Below, in pieces: positions 1-14,403 of a stretch of DNA of 64,000 nucleotides. This DNA comes from Adineta vaga (taxonomy: Eukaryota; Animalia; Rotifera). The translations under genes and the position numbers were made by a program. The stretch spans positions 10,664,001-10,728,000 of the forward strand of contig CP075492.1 of assembly GCA_021613535.1 (NCBI GenBank), read 5' to 3'. Numbering within the stretch: position 1 is the stretch's first letter; every line of letters starts with the position of its first letter. The notes under the pieces were generated by a model. That model worked only from the letters and a program-made list of their open reading frames with translations. It was not told the origin of the DNA and searched no databases.

Positions 1-649
1 CCATTCATTCATTTCATGTAGAGATAATAAAGTTCCTCCGAAATAATTATTTACATGTGGATCATTAGTATTGACATAAAGAAAATGTACACGACCAAAT
101 TTCGGATGACATTCAATAGTCTAAACTTATTGTGTTACTTTCAATATCAAAGAAATTTATTAAACATACCTCACTTGGAATAAATCGTGGTCGTCCATTG
201 ACCAGTATTTGATAATAATGATGACATCCATGAAGTATTTCCATTCGTATTTCATATTTTCCATCTCTATAAATTCCAATAAAAATACAACAAACAGCAA
301 AGAAAATTCACATACAGTTTATCCATTCGATGTTGAATCCAATCAGTAAATGTTCCTGTAATATATGCATGTGTATCAAGTGGTAGAACAGGTACTGAGA
401 AAGTCATTGATGTACATTCAATTGATTGAATTGCTTTATCATCTTCATCAACTGCTGGTATACTTTTTGTCGAAATCTAATAGAATGGAATTCAATTTAA
501 CTGAAATACGTGCTTGTCCTGTATATACTTACTCGTCGTTCTCTTTGTTGTATCGTAACTAAATGTTCATCATCACTATCATGTTTATTAAAGCCAACCG
601 ATTCACTTGGACGATGTTGACGTTTCGGATGTATTTGATGATTTCCCAT
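1..649 (-). CDS. AMPK-beta-like protein with a CBM48-type glycogen-binding domain; 5' part only, runs off the window
   Basis: Spliced minus-strand translation gives MGNHQIHPKRQHRPSESVGFNKH...MTFSVPVLPLDTHAYITGTFTDWIQHRM...DGKYEIRMEILHGCHHYYQILVNGRPRF. The ITGTFTDW...Y.I.VNG pattern resembles CBM48. Short GT-AG introns. Confidence 0.6.
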
Positions 650-1441
650 TGTTCTTATTCCTCACCCTTTCAATATTTGCTTTATGTATATATGTGTATA
701 CATGAATTATATATATAAAATGAAGTCGATACAAAAAAGAAAACAACGTGAGAATATGTAGAAAGGAACATTTGGCCTGTCTAGTTCGTACTTTTCTCAC
801 AGAGATAAGTACATGTCTGAAATATTTGACGCAGTTTAATTTCCTAATGATAAACATGATCATATGAGGATTCTGTTTATAGTTTGAATGAAGACATAAT
901 TTCACTCGAATGAAATAAGAAAACATTTACTTTTGTCTCCTATCGTTTTCTTTATTCAATTTATTTAATAATTGAAGAATAATATAAAGGAAAATCTTTG
1001 TTAAATTACAACTTAATCTTTATTTGACTCACCGGTAGTTATTTTCTATTCACCTGTGTAGTTTTTATCCTTTGTCAATAAATTTTCAAGTGTTTGATAT
1101 TCGAAAGAAAAAAAATTTTGATGAAAAATTTCGAATTTGATCTGTTGGACACAGAACTCATCAGCACATTTGACTTTTCTTGTTTATTGACAAAAAGCAA
1201 ATTCGAATCCTCGTCACAATTAATCATGGTTTACCTTCATTATCATACAAAAACATGTTTATTATTTTAATCGAATATCGACAATATATTGAAATAGAAT
1301 CATATTACCAAAAAGAAGAAAAAAGAAAAAGAGAAAAGCGAAAATCGAGCAGTAAGCTAAGAAAAGATAGAAGATAGAGACCATATATACATCATTGTTG
1401 TTACTTACTTTCATCATTTCATTGTCATCCGACGTTTGGAT

Positions 1442-1759
1442 ATGATGCGCATCGTTCTTCTTTCATTCGTTGCACTTCTACTTATACAACAGACGTTTGC
1501 TGGTGATTGTCTATGCAGTTGTTGTACGTCGAAATCTTGTACACCTAGTTATATTGGTTCTCAGTATGTTTGGTTTTGTTCAGCGGCAACATGTACACGA
1601 GATAAATGTGTAGGATCGTATCATCAAAATTGTCCACCAGCAGATGCGCCAGGAATTACTGAAGCATATTGTCGAAATGGTACGGAAAGATTATTTTCAT
1701 CACTTTATATTTTAACTGGTCTTATTTCGATGATTTTACTAATAAAAAATCAACTTTAA
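1442..1759 (+). CDS. Small secreted cysteine-rich protein, probably GPI-anchored
   Basis: Signal peptide MMRIVLLSFVALLLIQQTFA, a domain with 10 Cys (CLCSCC...C), and a hydrophobic C-terminal tail. Single exon. Confidence 0.75.
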   Translation: MMRIVLLSFVALLLIQQTFAGDCLCSCCTSKSCTPSYIGSQYVWFCSAATCTRDKCVGSYHQNCPPADAPGITEAYCRNGTERLFSSLYILTGLISMILLIKNQL

Positions 1760-1992
1760 CTCGAAAAATAAAACATTGAAATATTTTCTCGAGTTTTTTT
1801 AATTCATCTATTCTCATCGGATTTTCTTTTTCTTTTCGTTAACAAATAAATCTTATTTTAATTAATTAATAATCACATCAATCAGACTATATCCGTTCTT
1901 CTAGTTGGAAAATGTGGAATTCAAATATAACATTCATAGAAGCACACTTTCATATCATTTATTTATTAGTCATTATTGCTTTTTCTTTTAAT

Positions 1993-4185
1993 TTAGGATT
2001 GACACAATGAATGAAAATTTTCAATAATAAATAAAAGTGACATAAATTGTATCGATTTTGTATGTTCATTTCCGAATGTTGCTTGTACAATCCGTTGTGC
2101 TTCAATAAAATTCTTTTTTGCTTCTTGTAATTTTCCATCTTTTTCATTTGGATTTTTCTGTTTTTCTTGATAAAGTTGTATAACAAATTTCATACAAATT
2201 TCACCTAAACTTGAATAAGCATCACACACTTCAATATGATCAGGTCCTAAATTATTCAAAAGAATTTGTAAAGCTTGTTTTACATGAATATATGCAATAC
2301 GATAATCATTCATCATTGCATAAGCTAAACCAAGAGAATTAAGAAACATGCCATATTTGTAATGTTTATCACCGAATTCTTTTTTAATGATAAATAAAGC
2401 TCGATTGATATATTCAATTGCTTGATCATAATTTCCTAAAGACAAACAGAAATGTTTAGTTTTTCATTCTTTAAATATTAGAAATCTTACCCAGTTGATG
2501 CTGAACTTGTCCGATATTATGTAGAATTTCTGCTGCTTCGGAATGTTGTAAACCCAGTGTCTTTTCAATAGATATTAACGCTCTTTGATATAATTGCAAG
2601 GCGCTATCAAATTGATTACGTTTTCGATCGAGATCAGCTAGATTATTATAATAGATGCCAAGTTTATAATGTGGTTCATTTTCACCGAATGTATTATGAA
2701 CAATTTTAATGGCACGTTTGTATAATTTCTCTGCACCATCATAATCAGCTCGTTTTTTTAAAATTAAACCCATGGAATTAAGTACTTCAGCAACTTCGAT
2801 ATGATCTGGACCAAGTGAATCTTGTAAAGCATTCAAAGCTTCTTTATAAGTTGCTTCAGCAATTTTAAAATGACCTTGCTGAAAAATTAAAAACAAAATT
2901 TGTTGAAAATGTATTTTTGAATGAAGTTTCATTTTCTATACTTTTCGATAGATATCTCCCACATTGGTAAGATAAATTCCAATAGTTGGATGTCTTGGTC
3001 CATGGAAATGTTTCGAAATTTTCAATGCTTGTTTAAGATAATCTAATGCTTCATTATATTTGCCTTCTTTTTTAAGTAAAACAGCAAGATTATTCATAAT
3101 ATCTGCAATAGTTGGATGATTTTGTCCATGTAGAGCTTCGGCTTGTTTCAATGATTTTAAATAAAGTTCTCTTGCTTCATCATAATCTCCTTTTTTTCGA
3201 TGAATATCTAAAATTTGAAATAAATTATTTGAAATAATTGTTAAAGAATTTCAATTACCAGCAAGATTCGAAGTTATATCCGACCAAAGTTGAGAATGAC
3301 TATGAACAATTGCAAGTGCTTTATTGTATGTTACAATTGCACTATCGTACTTGAATAAAAAAACAAAAGAAGAATTATCATCATTATATTTCTCCAACTT
3401 ACATTCGAACATTTCTTATCAATTAAACCTAAAGCATTGAGAATTTCAGCTTTGATTTGGGATTCATCATTTGGTCGTAAAAGATCTAAAGCTTGTGTAT
3501 AAACATTTCTTGCATCTTCATATTGAGCTTTTTTCAATAATATATAACCACGAGCAGATAGAAGTTCAATACGTTGTGCTATAGAATTCACATATGTATA
3601 TGCTTTCATGTACAATGCTAAGGCTTTATCAAAATGATTTGTATCACGTTCAATTTGTGCTTGAAGAATAATGATTTTTTGTGAATGTTCTTTTTCTTTC
3701 ATTAATTCTATACAATCTTTGGCTCCATCATAATCATGTTCTGTATAGAATAGTTTAGCCAAATCATATAGAACATTATCAGTTATTTGCATTTTTCCGT
3801 CTTTACATCGAAGTAATTTTGTTCGTGATTCTTCCAATTTTGCTTGTTGCTGAGCAGCAAGTTTTTCTGCACTAAATGTGCATAATCGTTGATGTTTGAT
3901 GAGATCCGATTTTGGTACTTTTGCTTCACAACCTTGCAATGTATTTGGACATTCAAATAATAAATTATCAACAAAACGTTGAATGACAATGTTTTTTATT
4001 AAATTTTGTTCGATCAATGTCGTTGATCGACATCGTGGACAATTTTTCGTCGATTTTTGAAGCCAAGATTGTATACAAGTATAACAGAACAATTGATGAC
4101 AACAAGGCGTTTCTCGAACATCAGTTAAATAATCACAACAAATGCAACATTCAATCCGTTGAATTTCACTTTTAGACGCCGCCAT
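1993..4185 (-). CDS. RING finger + TRAF-type zinc finger + TPR-repeat protein (putative E3 ligase), multi-exon
   Basis: RING CCICC...CCHQLFCYTC...CPRC, then CPNTLQGC...HQRLC, then kinesin-light-chain-type TPRs (HPTIADIMNNLA, HIEVAEVLNSMG). ORF pieces join across short introns. Confidence 0.85.
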
Positions 4186-5707
4186 TGTTATGTTTCTTAT
4201 GAAGTATGAAATGTAATGCCATGGAAAATGACAAAATAAATTCTTTTTCTTTCTTTTCTTTTCTCTCAGTGCATTTTATAATTTCATATTTCTCATGCAA
4301 TGAATAAGTTTTAAATAATAAAAAGAAAAAATCTATTGACTGATATAGTTGTTTAAATAATTGTTAAAGAAATGATATGACTCATTCTAACTTTAACTAA
4401 AGACTATTGTTAAATAGAAGACAAACGATGAATGTTTATCAATTCACATTTATGATGAGTCGTAATAATATCAATAGGTATCATTAGTAAATATATTCGA
4501 AAAGAATATAATTATAAATGATGATCGTTTCAAAGCCTTCTTAACATATAAATTGAATGCGCGTGCATTTTTAACAAGCAAAAAAAATTTCTCTTCTTCT
4601 TCTTCTTCTTCTTTTTCAAACAATGTGCACAAATATGTTAATCTTTTCGATAGAGCTACTGAACATTTTATTTCGCTTATCCCTCATTTTTTCTATTTGA
4701 TGATGATGATGATGATGATGAACCTCCCACTTTTCCTATATACATTTAAACGTAACTACTTAACATTTGTATGTTCTCGTAAAGATTAAAGAAGAAAAGA
4801 AGAGAATTTTCGTTCAATAGATTTCTTTTATCAATAAGGTAAGTTCGAAATGACATTTATCAAGATATTAATAGAAGATATCAGAGCAAAATATAGATAC
4901 AATTTCGTTCCTACGTGTGTACGTATATATCAATTTATAAAGCCTTGTATCAACATTATTAACGTTTGTGCAGAGAACATATACTGGTGGATTATAGTTC
5001 GCGTGTGTATTCGTTTTGTCTATAAAGAACAATAACTCGATGCTTGATGAGTGTATTAATATGTATATAAATATATATTGTTGTATAGTCAGAGTTTAAA
5101 ATATGACATATGTAAAAAGCACGTCGTTGACAATAGTTCCTTTTTTTAAAGGTAAGATAAATTTTGTTAAAATATCATCATTGATATAAACAAAAAAATA
5201 ATTTTCAAAATACAAATCAATAGAGATTATCTTTTGACTGATTTATATGTTTTTATGAGTTTATTCTCTTGTCTATATCAATCTTTCGCGTATTATTATG
5301 ATGAAGAATTCTATATCTTTTTTTTTCTTCTGTCTCTCTCTCTCTGTCTCTTTTTCTCATTCGTTCTATCGACATTATTATCGATCTCATTGTAATACTA
5401 TAATCATAAATGTCTGTATGCATTTATGTTGAAAAAGTATGTTCATGTTTGCTTTCATAAATTCGCTCGCTTGGAATAGAGACGCATATGGCTGTAAACG
5501 ACTTTTTCTTTTATCATAATCAACTCGATCGATGTTGTATCAGAACTAAACAGATTGTTATTATCTATTATATATGTTGATTAATCTCATATTTTTCTTT
5601 TCTCTTTCTCTTTCTTCTGATTACTCTTGAGGAGAAGTACATTTATGCAGCGATATTTTATAATCGAAAACAAACTTGCGTTACATTGATTTAGATAGAA
5701 AGAATTG

Positions 5708-5740
<33 letters not shown>

Positions 5741-6211
5741 TCTTTGCATTCATCCATTTGCATGCTTGTTCTACAGACTATAAATGCACAATCAAAATAA
5801 TATGTATATAGATAGAGAACATTGATATTGAAAGAGAGAAGAGCGAGAGTCAACAATGTTTTTATTGAATATAATTTATGCATTAGGGAGAAAATAGATT
5901 TTGATGTATATATATATATATGCAACTATTATTACAATGCGATGCAAACATTTACTCTGATCAGCATGTATATGTAAGTATTTGATTGAAATAGAAGAAG
6001 AAGAAAATGAATATTTGATTTTTTTGAAATACAATTTTGCTTTTCGCAGAAGTTTATGAATAAAAACACACATCATTCAAGATTTTCATTTAATGATGAT
6101 TATATGTGCACGTTAGGTTCATATATATCTCGATCAGCTGTTTGTTTTTCTTTATCTCTACTTAATAAACAATAATCGCGCGTCGATCGATCTTCTCTTC
6201 TTCATTTTAGA

Positions 6212-7728
<1,517 letters not shown>

Positions 7729-8813
7729 GAATATGAAATACTCGAAACGTAGTCTTTCATAGGTCTATCTATTTAATAACTCTATAATATGATGAGAATG
7801 CATTCCTATTTGTCTGTATGTTTTTCACTCTCAGGTTTTTCTTTTCGTGCGCAGTGTATATAAACAACTAAAATGTGTTCTCGTTCTTCTTCTTACTATT
7901 ATTATTATTACTATTATTATTATTACTATGAAAAGAATTAGCATGATTGTTACTGTTGATATCATTTGTTTATTAACGAAAGAATAGATTTACACAAAAA
8001 GAAAATAATTCGAATCAATTGTATATATGAAAGAATACTTTATTGAATCTACTATTTTCGATAAAGTTTTCTTTGATTAATAGTTGTTTTTCCATTTTCA
8101 GATGTGAACCTTATCGATGAGGTTGAATAAAACCATTCATTCTTTCACGTAACATCAGATAAGAACGACAAGTTATTTAATACTCCTTTTGAAACAATCT
8201 TGCCTCTAATATAACCGGAGAAAAAACATCCGGAGTTCTTTTTCTTCCATTATCGAAACTACAAAGCTTATATTTCTCGTTTTTATCATTCTAGTTCTAC
8301 TGTCGATTGTTCACTAGATTAAAAGCATTCCATTCTAATATATTTTTATTTCCTGAAAGAAAAAAGCTCGATTAAAATTATTGTAGATTAGATTTATCAG
8401 TTGATTAGTTTCATTCAAGTCATAGTCGAAGAAAGAGTTTTTCTTTCTCTCATGTTGTTCTATAAAACAATAAATGATTTCGTTCGATACTTAACTTTTT
8501 TTTTCTTTCTTTAATCATTTCTATACTATAAGGGTAAAGGACGATACAAACGCACGAATATAAAGCATCATTCACACGTATTGACTACTAAGATAGACAT
8601 AAATGTCAGATTGCTAAAAGCGAAAAGATGAAGAAGAAGAAGAAGAAGAAGAAGAAAAAAAAATAAATCATTCATAATATTGACTAAAACACATTAATAC
8701 ACACGAATACAAGTTTTGATTAAGAAATTTTGTAACAAAACTAAGATAAGGGAAGCATAATAGATTTAGGATCAAGATCAAATTGAAATAATAATCGATA
8801 TTTGATATTCTTT

Positions 8814-9391
8814 TTAACGAACAATAACCATTGATATAGCGACGAGAATTATTGATGAAAAAATCGCCATCCATTGTTGTTGTCGATTGAAGCTTGGTGC
8901 CGTATTACAACGATCTTCTTGACATGAACAAACACTAGCCTAATAACGAGCAATAATTCATATGTATTAATCAGAAGTCTAATAGTTTTCTTACAGTATT
9001 TGCTCCAGCAGTTTTATAGCAATCTTTATTTCCTTTCTTTGCGCCACATGATCGTACAATACTCTTTTCCTTGTTAACTAAATCACAAAAGCAAACAAAC
9101 GAAATAAAATTAGTTTTTGTCAAAGTTTCATTTTTCTTTATACTTGTTTGAACTATTTTGCGGCAATATAAATCTTTCGCTTCTGTCCTTGTACACGACA
9201 CTCTTGTTCAAAGGGTGCCAATTTCTCAGAATCACCACAATCAGCATTTTCAATTGTATTGCACTGATAACAGCGAAGAGTTGTTATACATGGGACTAAA
9301 TTTGGAAATAAAAAGACAAAGATTTTGTTTTCATGATATCAATATACTTACTTAAAGCAAGAAGAAGAATAACTGAAAGTGCTAATTGCAT
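8814..9391 (-). CDS. Quiver/sleepless-like Ly6 (three-finger) protein, four exons
   Basis: Spliced: MQLALSVILLLAL / LRCYQCNTIENADC...YCRKIVQT / IVRSCG...CYK / ASVCSCQEDRCN, then a hydrophobic GPI-type tail. Confidence 0.8.
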
Positions 9392-9992
9392 AATTGACTT
9401 TTTGACTAAGTTTTCAATCTCTAGAAGTAATCTAAATGATAAAAACAAAACCAAATTTTAGTAATAAAAAGAAATAAAAGAAAGAGAACAACTCGTTTGG
9501 GGTTATTGTAAGAGAAGAGAAGAAAAGCTAGATTTGATCCGATTTCGCATATACAAATCGGAACGTGTAGGCATCTTTTTCTCTTTTATGGCCTCAAGGT
9601 CATTTTCATTAACTGTAGAGAAGAATTCATCAATCATATTTCGAGAAAAATAAATTTTTTCGAAAAAATCAGCTAATCCATAATCTTTAGAGAAAAACAA
9701 TATTATTTCTTAGGAAAAAAACATTTGTTAGCGACATCTATAAATAATTTGATGGATAAATTTTTGAAAAAGAATTCACATTTTTTCGTAAAAAGAATTT
9801 TTTTCGACGAAACTTTTTTTTCCAGAAGAAAATTTTTCATCAAATCTTGAGAGGATTTCTTCTGCTTTAACAATCCACCATCACTATCTGAGTCATACGA
9901 ACATCCAGTGGACATATTTACTCTTATTCTGCTAGTAAAAAAAATCCAACTATGGCCTTTGGGCATTTTGATATCATGTAAAATGCTTATCA

Positions 9993-11696
9993 ATGGGTGC
10001 CATTGCCAGTTGTTGCTGTCATTGTTGTGGAAAAACACCCAAAAAATACCAGTAAGTTTTTGAATGATTTACATCCGTTTTTTTCCCTCAACGAGATTTT
10101 GTTTTCTTTAGAAGTGGTGATTATGGGTTAGCTCGTGGTAATAGCAACCTAAACTATCCATACAATGCCGGTGAAAATTCTCCTGGATCTTATGAGAATA
10201 AAATTCATGTTTCAGAAATCTATGGAAATAGTATGTATTAATGAAACAATAAAGTTTGTTTATCTTTTCAATTTTCATCTAGATTCTGATGTTGAACTTG
10301 CACCGTCCGATAATCCAACAACATCAACATATTTCGCATCTATGCTTCGTTAGTTTCCTACATTTGTTTCATTTTAATTCTTATATTTTTGTACTTTAGA
10401 ACAAACCAAAGAACCAATAGTACTACAACCATTACCAACAATTCTTCATAATAATCTGATTACTTCGATTAAAGACAAATCGTATCGACCATCTATTTCA
10501 CCAAATCGCTTATGTTCTCCACGCGATCTTGGATATTCACTGCAAAAACATTCGAACTCATGTTCGACTATCTATGTTGATGATTCGACTGTTTCTCAAC
10601 CGAATTGGAAGGCAATGATCAAATGTGTTAGTATTGCTATACATTCACATATTCTTCATAGAAAATCAAACAAAACTATGAGTATATTTGATGAAAAACT
10701 TCATCCATTAACGGTGCGTTCGCTATATTTAATGAAATCATATATTTTTAGATGTTTGTTTATTTAGAAAGATCGAATTCCGGATGATTATGATCAACAA
10801 ATACCAGAACAAAAAGCAATCTATCGATTCATGCGAATACTCTTTACTGCTGCACAGTTAACTGCTGAATGTGCTATTGTAACATTGGTAAATAATTTTT
10901 TTATTAATCTTATAAATTAAAACTGATATTCAAAATTTGTTTTTCATACATATATTGTTCAGAGATTGAACGTTGCGATTAAGTTTTCTTTGATAGGTTT
11001 TCGTTCGTTTCGCTAAATTTGTGTTTTTTTTGTTATTTAGGTTTATCTTGAACGTGTTTTAAGTTATGGTGAACTTGATTTATGTCCATCGAATTGGAAA
11101 CGATTGGTTCTCGGTTAGTATCGATAACTTTGTTTTCTTTCTTTGTATATTGAATGAATAAAATAATCTCGTTCATTTAGGTGCAATTATGTTAGCATCA
11201 AAAGTTTGGGATGATCAAGCAGTATGGAATGTAGATTTTTGTCAAATATTAAAAGATATTACTGTCAGTGAAATGTAAGTGTTCGTAAAGAAAACAAATG
11301 TCAGATGTTCGAGGTGTTTTTTCCATGATCTATAGGAATGAATTAGAACGCGAATATGTGCAATTACTGCAGTTTAATGTTAATGTTGGTTCATCAATTT
11401 ATGCAAAATATTATTTTGATCTACGACAATTAGCTAAAGAAAATAAAATCTCATTTCCTGATGAATTATTAACGAAAGAAAAAGCTATTAAACTAGAAGC
11501 ATCATCGATTGCTAATTATCGTTTACAACCACCACTTAACACTGCGGTTCATCAGTCAAATCAAGCTCAATCAATACTAAATTCTCAACAAAGTTCAATC
11601 CCACAACAGTCATTTATACCAATAATCTCATTACGTCGTTCGGCGAGTGTTGAATTTACACAATCACCACGTAAATCTCTTCTAATTATATCTTAG
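9993..11696 (+). CDS. CCNY: Cyclin Y
   Basis: [10 protein letters not shown]-terminus; [85 protein letters not shown]. Confidence 0.95.
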
Positions 11697-12487
11697 TATT
11701 CAATTTTTTTTTCTACTTGCTCAATGTTTTTCTTTTCATTTTCGATCCATCACATTCCTTCTTTAACAAATTCTTTATCCCGTCATATACACTCGCTTCG
11801 TTGTCGTGTGTCAGATCTCCATAGATCACTTTATTATTAATGATTTTTGTGTGTATGTGTGTGTGTGTGTTTCTGTTTTTCTGCAATAATTTTTTTATAC
11901 GACGAATACAGTTCTGTTTTTTTTGATCTGTCTACTCCATTTATGTTTATTTATTTGTATGCGTATGTATACGTTTAGTCGCTTCTTGTTGGCTATGATG
12001 TTAATGACAGAATTTCATCTGTTTTTCTTTTTTTTTTTGAAAATATGAATTTAATTTCATTGTGTAGCTTGTGTACGCATCAAATAAGAACAAATGAAAA
12101 GATAAAATATTCTTTGTTGACAATGCTTTTTCTGTTTATTTCAGATTGATAATATTTCATTTATTGTGAACATCAAAATTTTTGTTTATGTATAGGTAAG
12201 ATAATGTTTATTCTTTAATATTGATGAGAACGTTTTTGGGGGACGATTGAATCATAGAAATCAACAAAAGTACGTCTGTAGAAGTTCACATAGTATCTGA
12301 ATTAATAAATGATAAGTGTACGGTTTGTGTCGCGTTTTATTGAAGAAATTTACTTTTCATAATCTGTAGATTCATACTATATAGTTATGTGACATAAGAA
12401 GAAAAAAGCCTTTATTTTCTTAGATTTACCAAAAATGAGAATAAAAATAGGATAAGGATATTTTAAATCAAGTCAAATAATAGATAT

Positions 12488-13707
12488 TCAGTGAAGATAA
12501 GTTACAGGTGCATTATGAATTTTTAAATAAGGTGGATCGGATGCACTACCTTGTTTCGGTACAACATGTAAACAGGGATCATTACATCCATAAACATTAT
12601 GAGATGGTGTTGAATCAATTTTTCTTAAATGATGAGTTTTTGTTGTAGTAGGAATATCCGAATAGAATGAGTGATCACAACATGATGTTGATGGTGTTGT
12701 ATAATTGTACACTTGTGGGCCATAATTTGATACGACCGTTGAAGAACTTGGCCGGCAAGTATAGTCAACTACTGTACTTGGTCGACAATTATAATCTGTT
12801 ATCGTATGACATGGACTTACACATCTTGATCGTGTAACTGAATGACTACGTTCTTGAGTTGTTTCATTCCATGTTTGTGTTTCGTTAACAGGTGTTTGTG
12901 CTCGAGCCAAGGTTGCTTCGCGATATGCGGGTAAATGAGCATCACGCCATGGATATTCATTTTGATTTGATGAACGCCATGGTTCACGTGGTAATGATGA
13001 TGCACTACGAGGACGTGAGCGTGAGCGTGAGCGTGAACTTGAACGTGGTCTGGGTTTAGGTGCATCATAATGTTGTTTGTATTGAGTTGATTCTTCAACA
13101 GGTGGAGGTCGTGGTTTGGGTGGTGGATGATAATAATCGACTGTTTCTGTTGCTTGATGTTGTTTAGAAACTGGTGCTAGATCTAATTCACGACGAAGTT
13201 TTTCAATTTTTTCATTAATTGCTTCAATCTTAGTATCATATACTGATAGATTGTATTCATCACGACGAGAATGACGTGTTTGTTCACGTGTCGATGGTGA
13301 GGGTGAACGAGATCTTGATCTACTTCTTGATCGTCTTTCCGATGAGTTTTCATCGCATTGACAACATAATTCACAATATGATGGAGGAGGATAGTGGTGT
13401 ACCACATGTTGTATAACTAAACGAATAATTGCAAAATTGTTTTATTATTATTTATTTTCAATCAAATACCTCCTTGTAGTTGAGCTTTTTCTTTATTATC
13501 GTTTTCTACAAGATTTGTTACAAGTCCATATCTTGGATAGACTAGTGCTGTATTAAGTAATGGTACAGTCGGAAGAAGTGTCGTCGTCGTCGTTGTTGTT
13601 GTTGTTGGTTGTACCATATAATAACGTGTTGCTAATGGTAATGGTACCGTCTGAGTTCCTTGAAGAACTATTGGTGCAGCTAGTGTTGTTGCTGGCATAT
13701 ATAACAT
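12488..13707 (-). CDS. Uncharacterised Pro/Ser/Arg/Tyr-rich protein, two exons
   Basis: ORF 13462-13707 splices to the 305-aa ORF. RS repeats, a short coiled coil, and repeated [ST]xxx[DN]Y..P motifs. Confidence 0.75.
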
Positions 13708-13796
13708 TTTGATTTTGTAATGCTATATATTTCTTTTAAACGATTGTTATATGGATGAATTTGTTGAGTGAAAAATCGTGTTTATGTGTTTGGTTT

Positions 13797-13809
13797 GTTG
13801 CCAAGAAAC
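13797..13809. promoter_or_regulatory. Candidate RFX X-box
   Basis: GTTGCCAAGAAAC lies ~90 bp upstream of the ATG at 13707 and resembles the palindromic X-box GTTGCCATGGCAAC. Confidence 0.45.
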
Positions 13810-14403
13810 GCGCCCGTCACACTGATGTTTAAATGAAGGATGGAATAAGTGTGGTAGAGTATGCGCTTTTTCTTTTTCTTTCTTCTGTAAAACTTCAGTA
13901 AAGGAACAGAACTCTTTTCCGTTCGATTAGATATTACAAAAAAGAATCTATTTTTATAAAGAAACAAGACTCCTGTTGATCTTATCGAGTGTTACAAACG
14001 ATATATGAAGAACACTCACGATCGAATACAGGAGAGAAGAAAAGAAGTCAATAGAACTCTGTTCTTATTATCCTTTCCATGGATAATGAAGACTGAAAGG
14101 TTGACAACAAACAGTGAAAGGCAAAAGAAAATTTAAATTGATAAAAGAAAGTTCAGAAATAATCTGTTGACATACGTGGACATCGATAATGCAAGGAGAA
14201 GAAGTGTCAAATATTGTGTCCCTAGTTTTGTTCAAGATTTTATTAAAATAAAATTCATTTATGTTGACAACATTAACTCTATCGTTTGTTTTCTTCTATT
14301 TTAGGTACAGATGACAATTAATGCGTTTATTCAATGATTGACAGGATGTTTCTTTTACAGAAGTTTGACTTTATTTTAGATAACTACATATTAAAGATCA
14401 AAT

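Noticed and set aside
4553-6076. Short ORFs upstream of spalt
   Set aside because: Low-complexity AT-rich sequence with microsatellites, most likely regulatory DNA.
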